Of a DNA stretch of 64,000 bases, positions 11,201 through 19,892 are shown one piece after another. The stretch spans positions 186,001 through 250,000 of the IMG/VR virus record IMGVR_UViG_3300048591_000147. One strand, 5' to 3'. Within the stretch, counting starts at the first letter, position 1; each line of letters starts with the position of its first letter. The notes under the pieces were generated by a model. It ran no database searches and was not told the origin of the DNA. It worked only from the letters and a program-made list of their open reading frames with translations. The position numbers were made by a program, and so were the translations under genes.

Positions 11201-14200
11201 AATAGACTAACTACTGAATGATGTCCGTCATGATGTACTATGACATAATTATCCAATTCATTTTTGAATTTATGTGGGTACGTCTTGTTGAAAATACCAA
11301 GACCAGCAGCACTGGTTATGAAGTTTTTAATTGATGTGTTTGTAGAGTCACCAAACCATTCAACATATTTGTCATTGTTTTCAAATTCGTCGATACAGTT
11401 TAACACGGTGTTATTGTTCAGGTCCGCTAATGTATTATTCGCAGATGATAAAATATCAATGTGTATTCTGTTCTTGAAAATTTCTTTAATATAGTTTATG
11501 GAAGAGTTGTAAGCGTTTGCTGCAAAATCCATAACATTTATCGGAGATCCACCATTAATAAACAACGCAGATACTAGGTTGTCTAACCCGCCGTTATGTT
11601 CTTTTATAGTACCACCAAGAATCTTATTAACATTGTCTAACAGATAATACTTACTGTTATTCTTTCCAAATAGCACGGACACTTCTTGAGCATCAATCAA
11701 ACTTGATACATGTCGCAATATCTCGCCACCACTAATCGTCTTTCTATTCTGATGTTCTATATTGTAGTACCAAGGATTTAATATATCCCATTGGTCTGAT
11801 ACTTTGACTGGAAGTGGTTTTTCCAAATTATTACCATGTTTCCAAACTGTTTCCAGTCTGTCTGTTAATAAATCATTATATGCATACAACGGTTGATCTT
11901 CGGACTGCAATAGGTTTTCAAATGTGAAGCCGCGCTTAATATAATCAAACACCATTCTTTTAAATGTGTATGGGCTAACTGGCATATCACTTGACTCAGC
12001 ATATTTGAATATTTCAGATGCTATGTCCGCTGGTGTTCCGTCACAATTGAAAATTTTAAATACTGGGTAAGAGTTTCTCGTAAATCTTTTCTGTTCTATC
12101 TTTCTAAGTCTTACTAGGTTGTACTTCTCATAGCCTGTCGGCGTATATATTAATACATCCCGTCTTCCGATATCTTCTAAGAAAGCTTCACCAACTTCTA
12201 TTCTAACAATATCATCTGTAGTCAATGTCACAGAATTATTAAACGTTATTCCTCCGACATAATCTGAGTTAATTAACGAACCATTATCAGTGAAATTGGC
12301 ATACTGGCGTACGCCATTGATATAGACTCTTATATCACCTTCTTGGTAATCGTCAAATAATACAATTTCTTGAAGACTCTCATGAAGTTCGATTGTTGCC
12401 CCAGACGTATTTGTTTTGATATTAAATTCTTGTGCAGTCAAGTATAAGTTTGAGTAGTAATCCCCCACACTGGAATATGATACAAAATCATTTACCATTG
12501 GATTTGGTGTCCAGTCATAACTAGACGCCACAATCTGTTTTACACCTTTAAATCTCCAATGATTCTCCGCATATCCCAACCAATCATCACCGAGACTTGT
12601 CTTGCTTGGACCTATTCTTGCGCCTATTGGTTTATCATTGATATCCGCTACATCATCCTTCAGATGTATCTTTGTCACGTAGCGTCCAGACGATGAATTC
12701 TTTACAAATTCGCAATAATCGATTGCATATACCCCATTATTTTCTGTAAAGTCCATGAACTTTAAACTAGAGCCCTCAATTGATGGTGTCAAATTACCAT
12801 ATTTTTCATTAAATACTACGGTGTAGTAATTCTCAAAATAGAATTCGTCGTCATCAGCAGTTAGCACTATATCATGCAACTCTAATAATTGTGGTTGCAC
12901 ATCTGTAGGTAAATACGAGTTATCACTAGTCTCTCTATAATCCCATTCATGTGATGCATATGAAGTATCAGATAATTCTACGAACGCATCAAATTCAATG
13001 ATAGGAATTTGCGCTCTTGATTTATCGGTGGTGTCACTTACCTGATCTTTATGTTCCCAGAAATTATTTGTATGCCAATCATCGTGTTGTGATATTTCGA
13101 TTAAGTGTTTGCCTCCAGTTAAACTTACGATATAACTAACGTTACGTACAACAACATTCCAAGAAGACCCGTCATACTGTAATAGTTCATCTTCCACACT
13201 GTCGTAGTATGTACTGTAAGGAGACGCTATTTGTGATTTGGTTAAAATGTTCTGTTTTCTGATTATCTTATAACTGATTGCAGAGTCACTCAAGAATCTG
13301 TTGTTAATGTTTAGGTTTAATTGTGTTCCGTATACTTCTAGTATTTCATAAATCCCAGTATACAGACCACTACTTATGATTACATAGTCGCCAGCGACAA
13401 CACCGCCCCCTATAAAATCTTGTAAACCATCGCTTAGTGTTTTTGTAGCTGCTAATACTTCCCCAGTACTAACAGTGTCTACTACCAATGCATTTTTAAA
13501 CCATATTTTTTCTAGATCTCTTAACGCCCATTCAGTATCAACGCTCACCGTAGTATTTCCAGTGGCGAAGAATTCTTTTTCTCCCTTCAACAGATATACT
13601 ATTGGAAGCAGATTTATGAACTGGCTTGGTGCTGTAAGGGTGCTTGGCAACCCTTCAACTGTGATGGTGGTTCTAAGACTCGCCGGATCGGAGTTAAATG
13701 CGCTTGATACACACTTCAATAAAATATCATTACTATCGAAGATACTAAACACATAACCCGGACAGAATAAATCAGTAACATTACCACTTACTGTTATAGT
13801 TGAGTCTACTAAATTGAAACCATTTATCACAACAGCCAATTTAGGATTACATACTCTTTTTATAATTCCAGTTAACGTTTCGGTAAATGTTAGCGTTGTT
13901 CTTCGAGAGCCACTATTGTAAAAGGTACTTGATATTTCTCGAACCACACCAGAACTCAATCCGTTAGTTATTTCGACATTCAATAAAATGTTATCACCAA
14001 CTGAGAATTGTGTAGTGAAATCACCGGCTATTTCAACGTATCCAATTGTATTGGGTAATGTTGACTCGTAGTGTGCATCATGTGATTGCACGACATTGAA
14101 TATGCTTTCCTGTGTCTGATTGAACCTAGAGGCAGAAAATTGGGAATAATTCTTTATCGTGATATAATCTACATCTATTTCCGGTCTTGTCCAGAAATAA

Positions 14201-14604
14201 TCTCTGTAGTTCATCAGCTTGTCTAAATTAATAGGAGGAACCCAATTAAATTCTAATAGCGCGCCCCATCTATCTAGACTTGGTATATCAACACCAATAG
14301 AATTCAACTTATCAACAAATTGTTCAAACGTCATGTATGAGTCTATGGAGCCAGTCTTCAAATGCGCAACTGGCTGCAATTGATTTACAGACCTGTATTC
14401 AGTAGGTTCATTTATTTTATATGACGCCACACTGGTAGTGTCTTCGTCGCCTATATTGCCGATATATCTAGTTAGTTCACTTTTAGACAGATATCTGTTA
14501 AACAGATTCTCGTTAATACTCTCCAATATCTTAGATTTATTAACGTTCGGTATTAGATTATTTAGATTAGTTCTTTTCTTAGAATAATCAGAGTTATTCG
14601 CCAT
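5284..14604 (-). CDS. Giant (~3100 aa) virion structural / baseplate protein (gp7-like position)
   Basis: Uninterrupted ORF after the gp6-like gene; ATG at 14604 with GAGG SD preferred over TTG 14622; motifs YRSVNQLQP, WVPPINLDKLMNYRDYFW, FWRGMIQNKGT, DEFWAYRLG. Confidence 0.8.
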   Translation of the reverse strand: MANNSDYSKKRTNLNNLIPNVNKSKILESINENLFNRYLSKSELTRYIGNIGDEDTTSVASYKINEPTEYRSVNQLQPVAHLKTGSIDSYMTFEQFVDKLNSIGVDIPSLDRWGALLEFNWVPPINLDKLMNYRDYFWTRPEIDVDYITIKNYSQFSASRFNQTQESIFNVVQSHDAHYESTLPNTIGYVEIAGDFTTQFSVGDNILLNVEITNGLSSGVVREISSTFYNSGSRRTTLTFTETLTGIIKRVCNPKLAVVINGFNLVDSTITVSGNVTDLFCPGYVFSIFDSNDILLKCVSSAFNSDPASLRTTITVEGLPSTLTAPSQFINLLPIVYLLKGEKEFFATGNTTVSVDTEWALRDLEKIWFKNALVVDTVSTGEVLAATKTLSDGLQDFIGGGVVAGDYVIISSGLYTGIYEILEVYGTQLNLNINNRFLSDSAISYKIIRKQNILTKSQIASPYSTYYDSVEDELLQYDGSSWNVVVRNVSYIVSLTGGKHLIEISQHDDWHTNNFWEHKDQVSDTTDKSRAQIPIIEFDAFVELSDTSYASHEWDYRETSDNSYLPTDVQPQLLELHDIVLTADDDEFYFENYYTVVFNEKYGNLTPSIEGSSLKFMDFTENNGVYAIDYCEFVKNSSSGRYVTKIHLKDDVADINDKPIGARIGPSKTSLGDDWLGYAENHWRFKGVKQIVASSYDWTPNPMVNDFVSYSSVGDYYSNLYLTAQEFNIKTNTSGATIELHESLQEIVLFDDYQEGDIRVYINGVRQYANFTDNGSLINSDYVGGITFNNSVTLTTDDIVRIEVGEAFLEDIGRRDVLIYTPTGYEKYNLVRLRKIEQKRFTRNSYPVFKIFNCDGTPADIASEIFKYAESSDMPVSPYTFKRMVFDYIKRGFTFENLLQSEDQPLYAYNDLLTDRLETVWKHGNNLEKPLPVKVSDQWDILNPWYYNIEHQNRKTISGGEILRHVSSLIDAQEVSVLFGKNNSKYYLLDNVNKILGGTIKEHNGGLDNLVSALFINGGSPINVMDFAANAYNSSINYIKEIFKNRIHIDILSSANNTLADLNNNTVLNCIDEFENNDKYVEWFGDSTNTSIKNFITSAAGLGIFNKTYPHKFKNELDNYVIVHHDGHHSVVSLLNAERETIIKKLSPQYQTVDASSEPFPNIAYVGEILVRTDLQSLTREIYKSSETLTWFKVDIELLMANLILDIELKLYNDCLAYEYRYNFDDVNTLGRYDEFAKDRFYNFINLNNITNPLKNSLVFNSNDPFTWNYAYTSIPEHPVTGLEDNTTFGCWQALYEYVYGTAYPNNQPWILQGYTDKPLWWDAEYVNTNASINRYWDSVMWTNILSGIVPSGYLLPNGDTSNGSSQIDTTFDFLPVNIDSVNTNDGYAPDDLLPPYWNSSNTTNANIRTLFDINLNQGVTTPNLDFEFGQHGTVEWLWKKSIWKNYDDLIIAFKLDPIEVFNAIFDSTFCTIACLQIDGTLQKVRNHREITFHGELVDNQLYVANGINQWYAYFIRYTSIDGEVSAFKTIWKTWEHKLSYLFGGMIDTDNLSVFNYNFDITDKDFNVTINKTKSFDSKSMVGLQATLLSVPSKYSKTRDNGIGWTVELDSLTPVKTISLYDPECFDFYVDTLNNICDVGRYPLQTASITVPRGFQIVDYNQTLTNSKKTELSNTAFSYYASIEFDNINTVDLIIKGYNAQTVGALLSEINERISEYGEAILEYGNLKIISNTIGGASAVSIVDAGLFASVSDFFVIHSSSVSSYTFNKIFEVYGNVTRTFSPRSTFKIADSTNYDGDYIVLNSVYDITAQTTKIFVYESVSISDGVMDGYLISDDTKTLPATWLTGTEIFLDSSSVLPSPLDLFTPYYIIRLDDYSFKLAKNAGAASLGNAITIQTVGNGIHSVGRLKRTFNALASTNTTYPWRVYEDDKRTVRVENFPIELSGIQSVVNFVKGYESYLYDEGIQFKNPDGDNSDPDTGRTNDWQLHLEKFINWAYQVKSIKQENKLKLQCSVNLSDNTLELSNSTVGWATGTPIIFLKNSNAELPQPFNNPLSEYIPYYIIRNTTNTKFQVAVSKHDALKGNAIPITTSGSGLFYIQSYTNIVNYPAYDINPVKNMVWVHHDLGIISDIFHRTDYYFTETPKIYDQNGNILNIDSILMYRQDKETKISLLKDIINSNAKYFEYVKRQNTNGTEQVSVVINQKIVNMSGFKLLLDAYEHILTFNNISVDGSMIFDSFLGIRTPRFYVEFSKSDKYTLRPNLGGYVLQDGKLVDNIENSVENIRYLYDTYKIVENKPIIERARKSIGYDGPRDYMDDLQINDKTQFAFWRGMIQNKGTNNAIKAFVNQPVFDDAHVDEFWAYRLGCFGDNKEKIYPELKLFTRDVSTKEMRVEFVTPDNTVLDETFEPVRLTDLSRWWNQPDQLFSLKPKSSFYFDSQVINIMNNVENDIASINNKLVLRLPVHADKVIISYWDSVKEETVQLSEGYEYSFINGRVIQMNSIAGADPRTIDGLSVYILSYNYDAQNPATLIDKRAGTVVTRVQLWHPALGQHYHVANSIIDIRNDSDVAVYNYEDVSQTETTWLADKVSTVWSDTTKMVYIPYYDARIFTDINERILKWGSMADWGSIDLYQWTESLVPPTEWDATVLKDAKNTNLLQDQKRSGSAYYKLYKNTETDPDEDPVWVEHVDVTEDFIVALVQQFTVPTNPAIDGVVDAYINGKYAGTLDLDTDTISEFCYGVELDGQIAKPRPQDMLTLIKVAVTPTMAQLEAGVEYKKVFPYSVTTKIDPVSRAEFSVYYFWVKNKTNKIAITGDAYMNMQEAAKQLRNIPAPYMILQGPRTPEFGYGLIYGTVFDEDAYELPHRYTQLVVKGLENTVKDDDRYSLRFMRDFTLRDNLPGPNSIYTPLYLKNVHWEWKLFREKQLFKIDAFLWDRITESLIGKRVVNGVVYLNPDAEEGNQEVVIPTINRFIYDQLYNSDTRFGLGEEQTFIDKDLGLYIINSLLVNNTFNFRNVDINEFIKNYNMEDQASLVLMMYDIYNNFTIDEVNAIFFEFLHAAMSLKREHADIFKTSWVALQATQNVRAPSNGVLRTTTFVDGVCPAAVEL

Positions 14605-14663
14605 AGTATCCTCAAATTTCAACTAAGATATTTATGCCGTTGTCCAAGCGTTAATTTAGGTCA

Positions 14664-17564
14664 TCATAGATTTTGTTTTAGTATGGTTGGCGTCAACGAT
14701 TGAACTATTTCTACATCATCAACTGATATTGATGGTTGGATTATTTCATCCTCTTTACAGAATACCTGCATCAGATCACCAAATATATGTTGTGGGCTTG
14801 TAGGAACCAATACAACAGAGTCCAATTCTACTGGTAATCTGTTATGAATGAAACTAGCTAGTGACGTGAAATAAAATGTCTGGTTAAACTCCCATTTATT
14901 TACATCAAAATATTCTTTTACGGCATCTACGATGACGGTCTTTATTTGATTATTGCTAAGTTTCTTATTAGGCGATCTAATTACTTTTATCTTAGCACGT
15001 AGGCTTGGAATTGCATGCTTACCGATGATTGGTTTTATCTTTCCGGGGTGCAAGATGATTGAATCTGAAATCATCTTATTGTCTAGAAATTTTGCGTAAT
15101 CCCCTCTTAATATAAATGTATTTGGTGGGACTGGTTTGTCAGCCGTCTTGTCAGCCAACCACAATTTGACAGCAGTATAATATCCTCTGGTCAATACGAA
15201 CATATCGATTATGTTGGATGGTGAAGGATCTACTAGATGATATCTAGGAGTTCTATGCAGCCATAAGAAATTTACAGCCTGCTTTCCGTTTTCTCTCTTC
15301 CACAATCCAGTCTCTTCGATCTGGTCGTTCTGATACGCAAGAATATTCTCAGCAGATGCTGTCATCCATACCCAAGGTGCCTGTGTCGTTTCTCTAGTAA
15401 AGTACACATAATCAGTAGCAGAGAATAGATACGGGAGATTGACTTGATCGGGTATGCCATCGTTATCATCATCGTTCGGTATTACTATCAGGTCGTGTAT
15501 GCTTTCTAGACCTGAATCATTACCTACATCTATAACATCTTGGCGAATAACTCTGAATGAATAATTTCGTGACAATGAACACGTAGATACGCCAGTGTTC
15601 GCGCTTAATATCACGATTGTGTCATAGTTAGTATTCAACGTATCATACGTAATAACTTTTCGATCATCGTTTGATATCCAAAATTTTAATTCATCACTAT
15701 GAACAACTAGTTGTTTTGTCTTGTATACGAGTTCCCAGTTATCTGCGTTACCTATCAATATAATGTCCGCACTACTTTCATCTAACGGGTCGCTGGAAAA
15801 TGTCCATACATCATTAGCTACCGAGTATGTCATGAATAGACTATCTGGTAGATTGTTTATTACGATCAATAGTCTAGCTTCTAGGTCTGCACGTTCTACT
15901 GGTGTGAAGTCTTTTCTAATTGCATTCGGCGATACGCCATCTAAAATACTCTTTACAAAATAATCTTCGGTATCAAATACCGGAATTACGTAGTTATCAA
16001 TCAGTGCGTCTATAGTATCTTCAAATCCGGTTATCTGGCTTTCATCTGGTAATTCAGAAGTCGATATCACTTGATGTTTACTACCAGATCTAAAATATAC
16101 GACAAGATCTTCACCAAACAGCTTTACATTTTCGTAATAATTACGCGGGTCATGCCAATACACATATTTTGAATCACCGGCGAATGTTCTATTGACAGCC
16201 TTCAATTTCAATATTGAGTTGTCTTGTAATAGAAACTCATTATAATCTTTTGCGTTGACCATTCGGTCTTGTGTAAAATATACAGACGGTGCTATTCTTC
16301 TAATACTTTCAATGTCTTCAGACGGTGCTGAATTTTGAATTGGATCTACCAACGAGAAGGTGAAAGATAAAGCCTGACGTTTCAATGACTTATCAGTGTA
16401 TTGTATTCTGCCTGCTAAGTTCTGCACAGCGCTCGTAGGCACAACAAATTCAGCATTGGCTGATACTCTGTACCATATATCAAAGGTGCCGTTAGGGATG
16501 TTGGCGAATTTACCATCACCGAAAATAAGCCTGAATCTATCTCTGTCTAATGTTTCTACTTCGAACTTATTTCTATTTGGATTTGTATTAAACACGATGT
16601 TCTGAGAATTTGCTAAATCAACCTCTTCCCATTCACCCTGTCTCACTATTGCATTTAGGTCGGTCCCAACAATTATATCGCCAGTATCTGGGTCAATATT
16701 GTTAAGCCAAACGTCAGAATTGTTACAATCATCAACTAATATATCTATTGTCTGATTTGGTGTTATGCCATCGAATGTTACTGTTTGTTTCTGTAGTGTG
16801 CCCTGTTTTGTGAATATGAAAAATCCGGTATTATCGGACGTGTCGCCCAGTCCATCACTGGCATACAAAATATTAAACTTCTGGTTCTTCTCTGGACGCT
16901 TCTCATACGGTCCATTCTCATTAAGCATCGAACTGACTAATTCGAAAGGTAATGACTCTGTTGAAATTGGGGCGGTGAATGGAATCACACCGTTTACCAA
17001 TTCGTCGTTATTGAACGAATATATTTCGAATAGTACGTCCTGCACCTGAATTCTATCAGATGCCAAAACACTACCAAAGGGTTGCTCTAAACCTTTATTC
17101 AAGATTAGTAAAAATTTCTCTTTCCAGTTGGAGTCTACGGGGTCATTCCAAGTAATGAATTTGTTGGAAATATCATTACCATTAGCATCAAAAAGCTTTT
17201 CTGATGTCGATATGGACTTGATCTTTACCAACCCCCTTGCCGGTATGTTTCTATACGCTTTATAACTTAGAAATTTAGCTAATCGAAGGATTGATTCTTT
17301 TCTATTGGCATCTGTTATAAAATTTTCGTGAGCATTTAGGTCTAAACGATATGCGACTAACTCACAGATGTAAGCAAACAATTCCAATACCATAATAAAT
17401 TCAGAGCTTTCTATGTAGTCTGAAAAGTCTTCTGGGTGATATATCTTTAAATAATCAAGTAGAGATTCTTTTATAGTTACATAATCCCACGCAGCAAAAT
17501 TGATATGCTGATAGGCTTCGTAAACTTTTTCCCAACTTTCGGCGCGGTTTATTTCTCTACTCAT
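14664..17564 (-). CDS. Baseplate wedge subunit (gp6-like)
   Basis: DYIESSEF, RLDLNAHENF, SILRLAKFLSY, LIFGDGKF..IP, EDIESIRRIAP..YFTQDRMVNAKDY. Confidence 0.9.
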   Translation of the reverse strand: MSREINRAESWEKVYEAYQHINFAAWDYVTIKESLLDYLKIYHPEDFSDYIESSEFIMVLELFAYICELVAYRLDLNAHENFITDANRKESILRLAKFLSYKAYRNIPARGLVKIKSISTSEKLFDANGNDISNKFITWNDPVDSNWKEKFLLILNKGLEQPFGSVLASDRIQVQDVLFEIYSFNNDELVNGVIPFTAPISTESLPFELVSSMLNENGPYEKRPEKNQKFNILYASDGLGDTSDNTGFFIFTKQGTLQKQTVTFDGITPNQTIDILVDDCNNSDVWLNNIDPDTGDIIVGTDLNAIVRQGEWEEVDLANSQNIVFNTNPNRNKFEVETLDRDRFRLIFGDGKFANIPNGTFDIWYRVSANAEFVVPTSAVQNLAGRIQYTDKSLKRQALSFTFSLVDPIQNSAPSEDIESIRRIAPSVYFTQDRMVNAKDYNEFLLQDNSILKLKAVNRTFAGDSKYVYWHDPRNYYENVKLFGEDLVVYFRSGSKHQVISTSELPDESQITGFEDTIDALIDNYVIPVFDTEDYFVKSILDGVSPNAIRKDFTPVERADLEARLLIVINNLPDSLFMTYSVANDVWTFSSDPLDESSADIILIGNADNWELVYKTKQLVVHSDELKFWISNDDRKVITYDTLNTNYDTIVILSANTGVSTCSLSRNYSFRVIRQDVIDVGNDSGLESIHDLIVIPNDDDNDGIPDQVNLPYLFSATDYVYFTRETTQAPWVWMTASAENILAYQNDQIEETGLWKRENGKQAVNFLWLHRTPRYHLVDPSPSNIIDMFVLTRGYYTAVKLWLADKTADKPVPPNTFILRGDYAKFLDNKMISDSIILHPGKIKPIIGKHAIPSLRAKIKVIRSPNKKLSNNQIKTVIVDAVKEYFDVNKWEFNQTFYFTSLASFIHNRLPVELDSVVLVPTSPQHIFGDLMQVFCKEDEIIQPSISVDDVEIVQSLTPTILKQNL

Positions 17565-17572
17565 TTTATTAT

Positions 17573-17950
17573 TTACCTGTCAAATTCAATGTGTATATCT
17601 AATGTATCTATTACGTTCAATTCTATGTATTGTAATTTCGCATATGCCAGTACTATATTTTCATCAAAGTCTGGCACAATTTGTAGATCTAATAGCTTAA
17701 CTCTGGGATCATATTTGATTATATCTTCCAAATCTCCGTAAATGGTCGCTAGTGATAGCTGATCTAATGGTTCGAACGGCATATCAGGTATTCTAGATCC
17801 AAAGGTCGCCATTTTTACTCTCTCACCGAATCGCGTGTAGATATGATTGGTTATATCCGCTTTGACGACTTCCACGTCTACCAATAAAAACGATTTGTTA
17901 TTTTCATAGTTTTTAAAGGAGAACCCTTTATAAATGTGACTTTTTTTCAT
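17573..17950 (-). CDS. Baseplate wedge subunit (gp25-like)
   Basis: TRFGERVKMATFGS, FEPLD, YDPRV. Confidence 0.9.
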   Translation of the reverse strand: MKKSHIYKGFSFKNYENNKSFLLVDVEVVKADITNHIYTRFGERVKMATFGSRIPDMPFEPLDQLSLATIYGDLEDIIKYDPRVKLLDLQIVPDFDENIVLAYAKLQYIELNVIDTLDIHIEFDR

Positions 17951-17976
17951 GAGAGACTCTTGTAGTTAATTTATAT

Positions 17977-18306
17977 TTATCTGCGCCACAGTTCGCCTCT
18001 TTCAATTACCTCATCACCCTCGACTCTACCAATTGGTTGCAATCCTGCTGGACTGGTCACATTATCATATTGATCGATGTGGTGAACATTCTTAGTATAT
18101 TCATCGTTCATACTGTTTGGTGGCGGTGATGTATCACCTTTCATGACTCTCGGCCATGGTTCATGTTCGGGCACGCGATTAGTCCACAGCGCTTGTCTGG
18201 CTACTGATAAACACGCCGTTTCTGCGTATTTAGGAGCGATTAATAAAGTGGCACCGGACATCGTGAAATCCGTGAATCCGCTTACAACTGATTGATTAAC
18301 TTCCAT
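17977..18306 (-). CDS. Small baseplate/spike-associated protein
   Basis: Own SD (AAGGA); directly follows the gp5-like gene; TNRVPEHEPW motif. Confidence 0.6.
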   Translation of the reverse strand: MEVNQSVVSGFTDFTMSGATLLIAPKYAETACLSVARQALWTNRVPEHEPWPRVMKGDTSPPPNSMNDEYTKNVHHIDQYDNVTSPAGLQPIGRVEGDEVIERGELWRR

Positions 18307-18320
18307 TTATATTCCTTTAA

Positions 18321-19883
18321 TTATACCGATTCAAGATATACGGCTGATATGTCTGGGTCGAACGGCTCTGGTGATTCTAGTACAGGGTCTGCGTTGGGTA
18401 TTAGAGTGGCCGTACCGTATGCTGCTATATTAATATCCGCTAGAATAGATTTTAAGTTCATTCCCTGTAATGATCCAATATCTAGTTTTCCGGTAAATGA
18501 ATGAATCTGGCCATTTCCAGTCGAAGCGATTAACATCGTACCTAATGATAATGTTTTACTATCACCATTGATTAACTCGTTCAAATCTCCAGTGACTGTT
18601 AAATTAAAGTCACCAGTATTAGTTACAATATTGATATCTTGTTGGACTTGTAGATAGGAAGATTCTCCGATAGTCTCACATTTCTTACCACCGATTTCGA
18701 AAAGAGAATTTTCAAATGATAACCAACGCATGTTTTTCTTAGTTATCAAGTGGAAGTCGTCTTCTGCTTGTATGCGTATTTCGCCATCATTTGGGGCTCC
18801 CGGTAAATTCTCTTGTCCGGTATTGTTCCCGGCATATAGATGAATGCCCTTTTTGGCATGAACTCTAAATGTTTCATCAGTGGTGATATTAATATCTTGT
18901 TTCGCATGCATTGATATTCTCTTATCTGAATACATACAAATATTCCCACTTGAATCCATTTCCACCCAAGATTTACCTTGATTGGTCATTATGTATATGC
19001 GCTCATTCGTATCATCTAATATTATTTGATGACCAGTGGCACTTCGCATTCTAAATCTACAATTAAACGCTCTATCATCCATTGACCATGAATGGAAGCC
19101 GGGACTAGAGAATCCATAAACTCTTGATGACAAGAATTCACCAAGATCCTTATATCCCGTCCAGTCGTAACCATGGGCACCCAATATTGGTTTTACCCAT
19201 CCATCCTGTTCAGCTTCTGAAATTTTATCATACTGTTGATCTAGATATGTCGTCTTCGTGTCATTAGGATTCTCACCAACATCCTCTCTTACGGCAGTTG
19301 CTTGATATTCTGCTCCACGAGTCTTCCATTCTCTAGAAGTTCTATCGTCTTTAAATGCTTTACTATAATTAGTATAGATTGGTTCAATTGGTTCGTTATC
19401 CGATGTCAGTGGGCCATCAGGTATTCCACCTTCACCCCATTTGAATCTACCGTGTAGCAGGGTGTGGGTTTCTTGATGTTCTGGTAAACATCCAAAATAA
19501 AAACGTCTTCTAGAATCTCCATCTAAACATCCTATTACAACATGCGCGCCCTGCTCTGGTATTGCCCACATACCATAATGAACTGCTCCGGTAGATTTCT
19601 CTGGTCCGACTTTTGCGCCTCGTGTGAACTTGTCATTCTTTATAGACCCGCCAAACGGTGACAAGTACGCACACCAAGGTAGATGTAACATCTTTTTAGG
19701 ATTATCACCGTATGCTGGGCAGAAAACTTGTACTCTACCCTGTTGTAATGGATCATCAGTATTGATCACAATTCCAACACTAGGATGGTTCAAGAATTTT
19801 TCATAATGTTCGCCTTTGGCGTCAATAGAGTTTATGGTATGAAACTCATTCAACATTTTTAATATCTGTTCATTTAGATTCAT
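18321..19883 (-). CDS. Baseplate central spike (gp5/VgrG-like)
   Basis: OB-fold DDPLQQGRVQV, YGMWAIP..GAHV, RSATGHQIILDD and beta-helix-like C-terminal half. Confidence 0.85.
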   Translation of the reverse strand: MNLNEQILKMLNEFHTINSIDAKGEHYEKFLNHPSVGIVINTDDPLQQGRVQVFCPAYGDNPKKMLHLPWCAYLSPFGGSIKNDKFTRGAKVGPEKSTGAVHYGMWAIPEQGAHVVIGCLDGDSRRRFYFGCLPEHQETHTLLHGRFKWGEGGIPDGPLTSDNEPIEPIYTNYSKAFKDDRTSREWKTRGAEYQATAVREDVGENPNDTKTTYLDQQYDKISEAEQDGWVKPILGAHGYDWTGYKDLGEFLSSRVYGFSSPGFHSWSMDDRAFNCRFRMRSATGHQIILDDTNERIYIMTNQGKSWVEMDSSGNICMYSDKRISMHAKQDINITTDETFRVHAKKGIHLYAGNNTGQENLPGAPNDGEIRIQAEDDFHLITKKNMRWLSFENSLFEIGGKKCETIGESSYLQVQQDINIVTNTGDFNLTVTGDLNELINGDSKTLSLGTMLIASTGNGQIHSFTGKLDIGSLQGMNLKSILADINIAAYGTATLIPNADPVLESPEPFDPDISAVYLESV

Positions 19884-19892
19884 TATGTTACC

